Shown: positions 52,624-64,000 of the stretch, in pieces
Numbering within the stretch: the stretch's first letter is position 1
How the letters are laid out: the number at the start of each line of letters is the position of its first letter
Source: Marsupella aquatica
Taxonomy: Eukaryota > Plantae > Marchantiophyta
Assembly: GCA_973895155.1 (NCBI GenBank)
Contig: OZ316897.1
Coordinates: forward strand, 9,819,832 to 9,883,831
DNA: 64,000 nt
Direction of reading: 5' to 3'
Made by a program: the position numbers and the translations under genes
The notes under the pieces: generated by a model
The model's input: the letters and a program-made list of their open reading frames with translations, nothing else
What the model was told of the DNA's origin: nothing
Databases searched by the model: none

Positions 52624-53573
52624 AAGGTCTTTGCTTCACCAGCATTCACAATCACCCCAGCGCGCTTGTCAGTCTTCCGAGCCATGAGCGGGGTCGTTAT
52701 ACCTTGCTCCTGCTTACCCAATCCTTGACCTTCCTTCCATCCCATCCGAGCCATCATCCTCTGCGCTGCTGTCATGTTGCCACCGGCACCCACCCCTAAT
52801 CCCCCACTATTCTGCTTGCCCATACTAAAACCTTCTCCATTTCTCGGAGGAGATGGTGACCGTGGCCTTGCTGGAGTTGCATCCCCACCACCACCACCAC
52901 CACGGGCTGCGGCAGCTGCTGCGCTGAGCATTGCTCTCCTCTTCCATGCTTCTTCACCGCTGATGTGCAAGGCTGCCACCCTCTCAGGACCAGACTCCTT
53001 CTCCCTCTCATTCTCTCTCTCCCTCTCTAATTCCCGCTGCCGTTCTCTCTCCCTCTCTCGCTCTCTCTCCCTCTCCTCCTCCTCCACTCTGCGTCTCTCG
53101 ACCTCTCTCCTCATCTCCTCTTCAATCTTGCGCCGCCTGCGCTCTCTGCAGTACTCATCATAATCATTGGGTCTTGCAGGATCGTACTCTTCCATTACAG
53201 CTGCAGTCGCTGCCACAAGCTGTAATTGGGGTGGGGGCGACAGCTCCCTCTCCATCTCCCGGTCCATCGACGAAACTAGAGGGATATCGTCGGATCCCCA
53301 TTTCCCCACTTTCGTCACGGTGGCTGGCAGAGAGGCACCAGTCACAGCAGTGGTAGCAGCCTTAGGTTTTGCAGATTGATTCCTCAGAACTGACGGAGGA
53401 GGAGCAAAAAGAGAGGGTTTTCGAAGGGTTGGAGGCGCCATTTTGGTGCTGCTGCTTGACCACATCGAAGAAGAGCCCACCACTGGACCGCCGAAACCGC
53501 CATTCCCTCCATCTTCATCTTGTACAGCCGCTGAGGAGGGGGGCGGAAGATCCCCATACAAACCCCCCATCAT
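51499..53573 (-). CDS. DRT111: Splicing factor DRT111/SPF45 (G-patch + UHM/RRM), 2 coding exons
   Basis: Exons 53573-52506 and 51801-51499; GGLYGDLPPP, EEYDPARPNDY, G-patch AQRMMARMGWKEGQGLGKQEQGI, RVVLLRNM-VGPGEVD...DLDGRFFGGR. Confidence 0.96.
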
Positions 53574-55135
53574 TTTCGCAAGAGGCGTCCACACCCTCTT
53601 CTATTCACCAATTATGATTAATCCCAAGAATTGCTTCCTGAAGTCCGTTAGCACTCCAAACACAGTATGACCAGACACATGAAGGGGAAATTTTTTCACT
53701 CCACTGCATATGTTGCTCCCAATTCAGCTCACCGACAACCAGACTATTACCACGAAGTCTCACCAAGTCTCACAAAATAGGAATTAAAGAGAACCTCGGG
53801 ATTTGACTATCTCTGCGAAAAGAGTCCTCCATAGCTCGGCCCAGAACGGCTCGTGGGGGTCCTAACCCTAACAATAGCGTCTGGGAAGGAATTCTTGCCC
53901 TGCACTTGTTTCCTTGCCAGAATAATACCCCATCATTTTCCGCTAGCAGTCAATTACAACCTGCTCCAGGAAGGAATACTTTCGAAATTCAATCCAAATC
54001 CACAGATCCAAACCCAAAACCTAAAGCCCAGAACGAGAGGCAGTAAACAAACTATCGTGCTATCGTCTACTCCCTGGCATGAGAATTATCGACAAGTCAT
54101 TCACCTGCCATTGAACATACACGTAAGACAGAAAGCCAAGGATGAGTGAACATTCACACCAACCCATGAAATTCTGTGGATGTGTACCCCAAAACCCCTT
54201 GCGAACACACTTCACAGTCTCAATTTCACGAGACCTGGAGGTACGTCACTTATCCCATTCATGTCATTTCCCACTTATTAACTGGTGAGATTCCCACAGG
54301 AAAGAAGCTACGAAGGACGAATTTGGATGCGGAATCGAAACTAGATAGGATGGAACACGTGGGAAAAATATCAACAATAAGCACCTGCTCGGAAACGCAG
54401 CCCCCAAGGAAATTGTCATTCGGAAACGCAGCGCTCAAAAACATTGTCATTCAGAAATGCAGAGAACGTCAAACCTAATTTTCAGAGTTGTCACAGCAAG
54501 GAACACGAGAGAACCGGAGTTGTCCCAAAAAGTCGAAACCCAAATTCGCTAATGGTGGGAAAGACAACAGGAGCTCGGACATTCCTCAGAGGAACTCAAA
54601 GAAGTCAAACTCAAGATTCATTCCAAAGCAAAGGATCAAACAACAACCCACAAGACAGGACACAACATGAGCGAAAGAGAGAAACAACATGAGCTGGACG
54701 CATACATCAGGGAACTAGAATTGGATTGCAATGCAATGCAATGCAATGAACGACGGGTGAGGGGCCACCAAATCTAAGTGACATGGATATCAAGACAGGA
54801 ACAGAATACAATATACCTGACTCTGTTTGTCACCGCAAAATTGTGAAGAAAGAAGACAACAACAGCGTCTCTGCGGTGCCTGAAGAAGAGAACGAGAAAA
54901 CCAGAGGCCTGGTGAATGCGTGATGATGACGAAGAACAGAACTGGAAAACTTTAGTAGAAGCAGCGCATTTTATTGAACCTCCTGACCTACGTAAGTTCG
55001 GTTCATTGAACAAGCCCTGAGGATTCATAATATTTCTACCGACTTCCCCAACGAAGCCCCATGGCGCTATATTTGAAAAGTGTAGCCCACCTGTCTCCAA
55101 GAGGGGCTAATGGGCTCTAATCCCTAGGGGTTACG

Positions 55136-55330
55136 CCCATTATCCCCAAGTGAAAATGAATTATCTAAGATATCCCCAAGTGCATTGAATTTTTACACAG
55201 CATTCAGATTAGTTGCCCATTATCCCCAAGTGCATTGAATTTTTACACAGCATTCAGATTAGTTGCCCATTATCCCCAAGTGAAAATGAATTACTGAACT
55301 TATCCCCAAGTGCATTGAAATTTTACACAA
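55136..55330. repeat. Compound tandem repeat
   Basis: tatccccaagtg occurs 5 times, alternating with aaaatgaatta or cattgaa.ttttacaca. Confidence 0.8.
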
Positions 55331-55438
55331 CACATAAGTTTTACAGTGGAAAAGTTTGATGGGTGGGTGTGTCACTTGCACTTTACTCTATTTCTCATTC
55401 AAATTTCATAAATAATCCCAGGCCAGGTTGGCCTAGGG

Positions 55439-55743
55439 CTCGGGGGCCTCAATCCAAGGGGTGTCTCATATCACGCTTGAAATTTTGGGAGAATAAACAC
55501 CCTAAAAGTTAAATCAATAAAGTTTTTTTAGTAATTTTTTTACCCCTAACTTAATGGAATATTCTAAGAATATTTTCATATTTGATAATAAAAAATCCTA
55601 TGCTTCTTATAATTCTCAAAATTGGATTAAAATAACTCTAATGTTCTTAAACAAAAATTTAAAAGTATTTCACTAAACCCAATAAAAAACCCTATACTTA
55701 TTCGCGCATGATGGATCGGAAGAAAAGAAGTGAGGACCCCAGG
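55439..55743. mobile_element. 8-bp-TSD MITE, copy 3
   Basis: Starts CTCGGGGGCCTCA and ends AGTGAGGACCCCAGG; perfect TSD GCCTAGGG at 55431-55438 and 55744-55751; internal homology to copy 1. Confidence 0.85.
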
Positions 55744-58074
55744 GCCTAGGGCTTCCATGGCTTCACCCAAGGGTAATGCCTTATAACCTTGTACACACAT
55801 ACAAAGGAAAATTTTCACTTGAGTTTACGTGTGCCATAAGGCGCACTATTTGAACAGTGCTCTGGGTATTGTGTCTATCTTTTGACTATGAAATCAATAT
55901 AGAGGGGATTTATGACTTTTCCCTATCTGTTTCTTTCAATGAAACGAGAAATGATGACAAAATCAAATATCACCATTTTGAACATACATAATATTGGTGG
56001 GGCACATAGATTTTGGTGGCCCTAGTGTCACGGTCTAGAGATCTCACTCTAGAAGCTTAGACCCCATTACCACAATTCTAGCTTCTTGTTTGCAATTTAT
56101 TAGTAGCCTGAATGCCCATCTTGGAATAACAATAGAGTGATAACAAAAATAAGTATGCATGATCATCACTTTGACATACGATACATCTCATTTTGCTCTC
56201 CATTACATTTGGTGGGGCTTCACTCTAGAAGCCTAGACCCCAACTTTAGCTCATGTTTGTGTATTAGTAGTAACATTTGCAGCGTTGGGTTCAAAAGTTG
56301 ACATTGTGTTTGAGTTTAGCATTGTGAAATGAATTTAGGATGTGAAGAGAAAGATGGAACTGATATGTGTTAGAGAGCATAGTTCAAGTTCAACCTTCTT
56401 TGAACTTTCAAACAATATTATATCCCTAAAAGGACTGTGTAATCAATTCAAACATTGAAATTATACAAGTGGAGAGAATAAATTTGTGATATAAAACAAG
56501 ACCATTGTAGTTGCCTGTTCTGAGCTGCTTGTTTTGATCTGCCTGCAGTTATGAGGCTAGGAGTAGGTGTTGTTGTCATTTCATTCATGAAATTGGACCT
56601 TTTGTGCTGAATGTCAAACAAAGCACCCAAAGTTGTGTTAAAGTGAAGTACTTAGTGTTTGAGTTGAAAGGAACTTTCTTTTGAATACCAAAATTTTCAC
56701 ATTTTTGTACACAGCACCATGGCGTCATGTTCAGCCAACGCCCATTTGTGACACTAAGTGATGTTGCATAGTACTGTTGACAATAAGTGATGTTGAGCGA
56801 AAGTGTTATTGAGTGCAAGTGAGATGGTTAGGTAATCAGACAATTAGCAGAGTAATAGTGAGTGATGTCAAAGAGAAGACCCATTCTCAAGCACATCAAG
56901 ATGGTGAGGCAGTTGGACACTAGGGGGAGTGGGCTAGTTGGTTTGGCCATTGGATGTCAATGAGTATGCGAGCTGCACTGAGAATGATGGGTTTGGTGTG
57001 GGGAAGGTGCACACTTGCACCTTTACATTTATCTCATGGTTACAAGAAAAATGTCACCATATTTGGAAGGTAAGGGAGGCCATTCCATAAAGAGGCCACA
57101 AGACAGAAAGAGCAAGATTGCATATTATAGTGTTTGAATAATGGAGCTTTTAAGTATATGAGTTACACATTTGTTGACCCAATACAACATTAGATCATGA
57201 TGGCCAGAAAAGGGGGGACATAGTTCCTTTCTCATTGGCAAAATCCACCATGGATATGCCAACTTGAGCTCCTCCAATTCCATTTCAAAAAATAATAATT
57301 ATGCATCAAAATCATTAAAAAAAAAATTCAAAGAGGATTTATCCCAAGCAAGTGAGGCTTGCTCAAGGCGGACGATAAGTCAAATGTAAGTCCATCCGTA
57401 CATTGGGCTGCTGGGTTCAAAAATTAAAGGCAAGTGCAAGGCAAGCCACAATATAAATAGGAGGCATGATGGGTTAAACAGTAGTCGCAAAATGCAATCA
57501 TCCAATATCATGTGATTTTGTGTTTCTGGAGCAATACTGGGTTGTCAGATCATAGAAGTCTTTGTTGATTTACAGATATTAGGTTTTGAGATGACATTTC
57601 ACTAGTACATTTTCAGCGTTTTTCCGATGCTTTGATATCGCGCCTCATCACTCTTCCGATACTAATACCGTCGCACGGTTCCGATATTTTACCTTACGCA
57701 ATTTGCCATTATTTGTACATCGCATATTATTTGTCCGATACAAAAGCCATCGGTCCCTTTTCCGTTAGTTTTGGCATCGGAAGTGTTCCGATGCGGAGAG
57801 TATCGGAAATGTCTCCGATAACTTTCATGAGGGGTCCGATGCAGATTGAATCGGATATTTCCACAATTGTAAGGCACTATGTTTCCGAGTACTTTCCGTT
57901 GGTCACTACATCGGACAGAGTGTGGGAAAACCAACATTCATAAGTTTATTAAGAAATGTGGTCACTCTCATAGGAGAGGGTACATGAAATAAAACAATCA
58001 TATATAATGCCGGTAAAAGTAAACATTCAGAGGTGGTTCTCTCTGATTGGTCCCAAGGTACACTAGCAAGGACC

Positions 58075-61000
58075 TCAAGGCTCGGGGTCCAAATCTTCAA
58101 CTACAACTACATTGGGTCGCTCCTGGACTATGGATCGTGATCTTGGAATATAACTCATGACAATGGACCACTCAGGATCATCTGGATAGGGAAGATAGAA
58201 AGCCTGCTCAAGATGATGGGGGAATGCAAATGGATCAGAGGTTCTCCAAGTTGAGCTAATGACACTATTTGCACCTGTCTTCAACCGTGTGAACCCACAA
58301 GCATCTTCTTCGCAAGTTCGGTTTTGGCCAACAAGGTTCATCCGAAACCATTTGCACTTCAACACCACCTCCTCCAAAGTGGTGTGCGCATGGTACTTCA
58401 CACTCAATATCTCTTCAATCTTTCCGTAGTGGGCCACCATAGAGCGTATTGGATTCCTATCAGATATGCTACTTTGTGAATCTTGGGTGAACCAACCCAT
58501 GACCCCACAATCTTGTGTAGCTGCCCTCTTGTCATCAAGTCGTTGCACACGGAAATGTCTTCCCTTTGACCACATGGCTGTCCGAGTTGTCACCGTAAGT
58601 AATGGTCCATGAACCAAGGTGCGAAGACTGTCTGTAACCAAAGGGAAGTCTGACACACTCTCCCCTTGCTCCAACAAGGCATCGATCTTTGTCAACTTTG
58701 CCCTCATGTATGGGACAAACTTGGGGAAGTTGCGTGGCCGATGACTATTTGCCTTTTCCTCCTCATAAAAAGTTGTCCAATCTCCCACAATCTCAGGCGA
58801 GTTATACAACATAAATGTAGTAAGTTGGAGACGCTCAGTTGAGCCCATAAGTCGTTCTCCCTTTGCCCCTGTGAGACGGTCATCCTCAAAGTCTGCTTCC
58901 CTTGATGCCTCGTCTATCCAGCCCCTTGGAGCTCTGGGATCAAGTGTAGCTACAATGTTTGTACAATAAAACATACTCTCTGCTCCAAGATGACACTCAG
59001 TAATGCTACCTTCCACTCTCGCACGATTTGACACATATGACTTCATCACTCCCATATACCGCTCTACCCAGTACATCCAACGACAATGTACCGGCCCTGC
59101 AATCGCCACCTCACGCACTAGGTGGAGGAGGAAGTGAACTTGACCATCAAAGAACGAAGGAGGGAGTGCCCTCTCCAACTTGCACAATACCTCCACTCCA
59201 AAAAGGTCCATCGCTGCAATCTCATCCTCATTCACCTCTTTCTGACACACCCACCTCAAGAGCTTACCTAATGACCACAGGGCATCTCGAAGATCCTCAC
59301 TACCCAATCCAATAATCGCAACTGGAATGACATGTTTGAGTAACCGATGAAAATCATGTGTTTTCAGGTAAGATGGCCATTTTGGAGAATCATCACCCCC
59401 AAATGCCTTACGAAGATTGGCACCATAACCTGTGGGAAACCTCATTGACCCTATACGTTTGCGAAACTCAGTCCGTTCACCTCTGGTCAATACCCAAGGA
59501 GGGTGAATAGTAAGGGGGGCATTAGGAGGATCCATAGATGGCCAAAACCCATGAGGGCCATGCATCCCCATCTCCTCACAACTCTCTCTCCAGTTGTTGT
59601 CTTTCTCTCCATATAGATGGCGAATCAACGACCTCCCAACATTCCCCTCAATGTGCATAGGGTCAAACAAATGGTTAATTGGCATCTCAGCCCAATATGG
59701 CAGCTTTGACATTAATGCAGACAATCGAGTCATGCCACACCGGGCCAACTGTAATGGATCATCCGGGTCTGTCACTCTATCCCATACATCTTTCCAATAA
59801 CGTGGATCCCTTGGCACTGGTTGAGGGCGTGTGTCTGGTTGGCCATCATCTGTGTCATATAAGAATGGGTCACGCCTCCATTCATGCTCTGGGGGGAGAT
59901 ACTTTGTGTGACCAATGTAAACTATCTTCCGTAGGGTGGTAGACTTTGGGCGCGCCACTCCCTCCAAATCGGGCCCACAAGTTGGGCAAGCTCGGTATCC
60001 CGAGACCTGCAACCCAGAGATATATCCAAACCCTACAATGTTCACACCCACTGCATACATTAAACAATGGCCAGGGGTCCAATATATGATAAACCAAGGC
60101 ATAATTAATATGGGGTGAGGTATATTATCTAGAAATAACAAACCATGCATAATTTATATGGGGTGAGGTATATTTCCACATACCCAGAAGATCGTATATG
60201 GTCCACATACAGATGGCTTTCAATTTAAATTCACGAGGTAAACCACCCGTAAGCACTCGACCATCATAGCAATCCACTCCTCTCCATAGTTGTTGAAGCT
60301 CCTCCAACAATGGTTGCAAGTAAACATCAATCTTTTTTACTTGCTTGGGGCCTGGGATAATCATTGAGAGCATAAAATGACCCTTCTTCATGGCCATCCA
60401 TGGAGGGATGTTATAATTTGTAAGGACTACTGGCCAAACTGAGTATGGTTGGGCCTTCCCTACCAATGCAAAGGAGCTGATCCCATCTGATGCCAAACCT
60501 AGACGTACATGACATGGATCTGTCTTGAAGTCACCCCATTGGTCCTCCACAAACCTATTGGCAGGTGAGTCCACCATCATACGCATGGTGGGCGGATCTG
60601 AAGTCATATCTGACCGGTTCTTGGAATGCCACACCATATACTCAGCCAACTCCGCACATCGAAACTGGTGCCGTAATCTAGGGATAAGAGGAAAATACCT
60701 CATGACCTTCTGTGCTACTTTTCCAATGAGCATGTCCTCTCGATACCTCGGTTGGTCACATGTAGGACATGTAGTGGCATCTTTGTGTTCCCCCTAAAGA
60801 GAACACAATCATTCACACAAGCATGTATGACTTCGTATTTGAGACCTATGGATTTTAACACCTTTTTTGCTGCTTTCCAGGAACTAGGCAAATAGTTCCC
60901 TTCTGGCAAAATCCGACTATGCAAAGTCCTGAAAAGATCATCAAGAAGGAGATTGCTTGCACCATGTCTTTGTTGCAAGTTCAACAATAACATTATTCCT

Positions 61001-62781
61001 GATAGTCGAGACAGTTGTGACCCCTCAAAAATCCTTGTTTGTGCATGGTCACGAGCTTCCTCCCATTGTCTAGAGTGGGAACCTCGTGAAGGAATGTCAT
61101 GATGAGCATGTGTTGTGGTGTCAAATGCATCACCCATACCATGGTCACCATCCTCTACATCATAGAACTGGTGCATGAGATCATCCATGGCCCTCTCATC
61201 CTCAAGTCTGACATTGGTGGCATTAGATACTTGCTCAGGAGGGATATCTTCATTCGCTGAAGCTTGAGCCCTACGCCAATCTTCCATGGCCTCGACAAGG
61301 TGTTGCCGCATTGCTCGTGATAATACCCCCACATCTGGTTGAACATACACATTCTAGCAGTTCACAAACATACATAAATATTAGAAGAGACCCACAATGA
61401 GACAAGTGTTTTAGGGTTTAGGCTAGGGTTTAGGATTTATTTATACAAAGAACCAAATTTGTTTGGAAACCATTGTCATGTATTTATGTTCAACAAAAGA
61501 GGTGGTATATACATGTCTGCCCTACACAGGGCGAGAAAGCAATGCTTTCTTGGGAGCATCCCACTCATAGTCGCAAAACAACTCCTCGCCAGCCCTAATG
61601 GTTGTAACGGCTACAGTCATGACTTGGTCATCCATGTGTTTTACATAATAAGGCTCTCTAGGTGGACCAAATATTTGTATCCACTCGACATTAGGCCTAA
61701 GTCCTCTCCCTCTCCCACGAGTACTATTGATGTACCCGACTATGTTGTCGGAGCGAACAGGGTCCCCATCACTCATCCGAGAATGCCAAGGCCTCCGTAT
61801 GACCTCATCTGGATCAGAATCCATTTGCAATGCATAGACACCCCAAGATGGGTGTTGGCGCAATAGAATATTCCAACTTTTTGAAGTGTATACGGGACCA
61901 ATATATGGAAATAGGTGCTCCCCATCATAACCTCGGGGCCATGGCTTTGCAGGGACCAAAATGTCCTCCAAGGCAAATACGCCAAATCCTATGTCAAGAC
62001 CAAGGGAGGATGCCTTCACTATCCATTGGTGACCCCATATGTGGATACGAGTGTCAGTGGTTAGGCCAGGGGGTATTTTGAATCTCTCAGATGAGAAATC
62101 CTTGAAGACTGTCAATGCCTTCCCAGTGACATATGAAAGCCCCAACCTCCCTTCCACTTCCACATAGTCCTCTCCTGGCGGTACTCTATGAGTATGGTGC
62201 AGAACTTGGTCCTCGGTCTCATGCACACCCAAGGGTTCATAACGACGCCGTTGTCTTTGGGAATGTGCTCGGGTGCGACCAACCCTAGATGGAACTGGTA
62301 TAGTCTCCGGATCAACACAAGGGAGGCTACATTGAGGGGGATCTGATGATGCTGCTAACAACTCTCTTGCATCAGCCAAAAGTGTGTTTACCCATAAGTC
62401 ATTAGAGACCAATGGAGGAGGGGACCTACGAGGCACCTATTCAATCACAAAAAATACCAACAATTAATAAATGTATGGGTGCAATGTTACAACTTGTGCA
62501 TATCAATGTCTCCAAGCACAATAAATGATGCATACCTGGCGAGCAGAATATCCAGGTAAATCACCCTCATGTCGGCCATAGTTCTCAATGTGCTCAATGG
62601 CTTCCCAGGCTTGACGAACCACCATGCCTTTACATCTAACACACCAGCATGGAATAGGTCCTATAGGAGGAGGACATTGAGTCCGAGGAGGGGGAGGAGG
62701 AACGTCCCCCTCAGAAGATGACGAGGTTGAGTCTGAGTCCGACTCAGAACTCCCAGAACTGGACATCTGCCCATCATCCAT
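58075..62781 (-). pseudogene. CACTA TnpD-like transposase (one frameshift near 60790)
   Basis: Predicted exons 62781-62536, 61353-60184 and 60032-58075; IHACVNDC, RYFPLIPRL, RLGLASDG, SVWPV, YNIPPW, IDVYLQPL, DPMHIEGN, LKTHDFH, PPSFFD, GPVHCRWMYWVERYM, LKCKWF. Confidence 0.92.
61522..62436 (-). CDS. SET-domain (protein lysine methyltransferase-like) exon inside the CACTA element
   Basis: Open 304-codon frame with SSLGLDIGFGVFALEDI, PYIG, YAL, NIVGYINST...PN and AVTTIRAGEELFCDYEW; AG acceptor immediately before 62436. Confidence 0.85.
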   Translation of the reverse strand: MPRRSPPPLVSNDLWVNTLLADARELLAASSDPPQCSLPCVDPETIPVPSRVGRTRAHSQRQRRRYEPLGVHETEDQVLHHTHRVPPGEDYVEVEGRLGLSYVTGKALTVFKDFSSERFKIPPGLTTDTRIHIWGHQWIVKASSLGLDIGFGVFALEDILVPAKPWPRGYDGEHLFPYIGPVYTSKSWNILLRQHPSWGVYALQMDSDPDEVIRRPWHSRMSDGDPVRSDNIVGYINSTRGRGRGLRPNVEWIQIFGPPREPYYVKHMDDQVMTVAVTTIRAGEELFCDYEWDAPKKALLSRPV

Positions 62782-64000
62782 ACACAATGTCACTATATTT
62801 TAGAATCTGCACCATTGTGACAATTATTTACATATATATGTCTTAAGGCAAAACAAAAAAATGTTTAAATCAATAATACCTTAATGAGACCCGCGCTCTG
62901 CAGTGCCAACTAGGATCTTGGCCTTAGACTATATGCTAAGACAAGTCTGAAATTACTGCACAAGAACACTTCAACTTAATGAGTGTGTAACAAGATCAAT
63001 AATTAACCTCTGTATGACCATAATTATAGTTGGCTAGGGGGCCGACCTATGTCGGGCACCTCCCAACATTTTAGAGTGGTCCAACCATACCTTTCAGACG
63101 TGCGGGCTCTCACTGTGCATGATGCATTACAAAAATGGACCCCCCAAAAAGCTCAGCAAGCTAACCCTCCGCAAAAACCGAGTGACTTAACCCTCTGCAA
63201 AAAAGAACTGCAAAATTTGGCATGTCACTGTATGCATAAGGTTAGCTAGCTAGGTGAATCCATATTTTGCCCCCAAAATGTCACAATGTAAATACCAAAC
63301 AACTCTCAAATATAACTCGCAACATCTATACATACCAACCACCTCCAAACCACACAATGAGAAGGGACCGCGGCTCCAACGGTCCACCCTATCCCTAAAA
63401 CCCTACTTAAACACATAGAACCAACATACGGTCATCGAACATACAACCAAATTAATTGCCATAGTTATTATATCGGAAAAGACTTCGGACATGAGTAATA
63501 CAAGGAATTAACAAGAGGGGTCCGATGCTATAAGAATCGGACATCCACTATATTTCCGATAATTACAGCATCGCTTGTTCCGATGCAGTAAGAATCGGAT
63601 CCATAGTCGGACAGGTTTTAGGTTTCCCGACCAAAGTGCCACTCCTTAGTCGGGCTTTGCATCGAAAGAGCGTCGGGAGATGTTTTCTTTGGCAAAAGCC
63701 AGGGAAGTGCGTGGTCACGAACTGGAATTGAAGGCCGGGAGGAGCTTATGGCTATGGAGGGGAACAATGGAGGGGCAGGAGGTGGAGCCGGGGGAGCCGG
63801 AGCAGCCGGGAGAGCCGGAGGATCTGCAGGAGATGGAGCCGGGCCATCTCAAAACTTTGGGGACATTATGACAGCCATTTTTCAAACGCCAATAGGGCTC
63901 TCAATAGAAGTTGCGCAGCAGGTTGCTGCATTGACACAGGGATTGATTGACTCTTCAAAGGGCACAATTATTTCAGAAGCTGAGAAAGCATTCGAGGAAA

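Larger units (their letters stand above)
57600..64000 (-). mobile_element. CACTA (En/Spm) DNA transposon; other end lies outside the window
   Basis: CACTAG terminus at 57600; dense TCCGA/TCGGA subterminal repeats at 57620-57920; TnpD-type transposase. Confidence 0.9.

Noticed and set aside
61410-61435. TTTAGGG-like motifs in a CACTA intron
   Set aside because: Only 2-3 imperfect units; not an interstitial telomere array.

Overview
Eukaryotic land-plant nuclear DNA with spliceosomal introns, probably from a non-seed plant (host lineage is inference). There are four host genes: a TKPR2/CCR-like reductase (+), an RGP/UDP-arabinopyranose mutase (-), a PYG7/Ycf37-like TPR protein (-) and DRT111/SPF45 (-). 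Transposable elements include a complete but decayed Ty1/copia element (770-7832, TSD CTATG), three copies of an 8-bp-TSD MITE and a Tourist MITE. Two elements are unusual. (1) An 8.8-kb Ty3/gypsy-type retroelement (8352-17140, TSD TTTG) has a polyprotein ordered protease, DNMT3-like cytosine methyltransferase, RT, RNase H, DDE integrase, PHD finger. It has no normal LTR pair and no tRNA PBS. Instead it has split direct repeats A1-[ORFs]-B1-GC-A2-(A-tract)-B2, an architecture otherwise typical of tyrosine-recombinase retrotransposons. (2) A CACTA transposon (57600 to beyond the window end) carries an intact SET-domain exon that appears alternatively spliced with the transposase. All calls are by eye; no searches were run.
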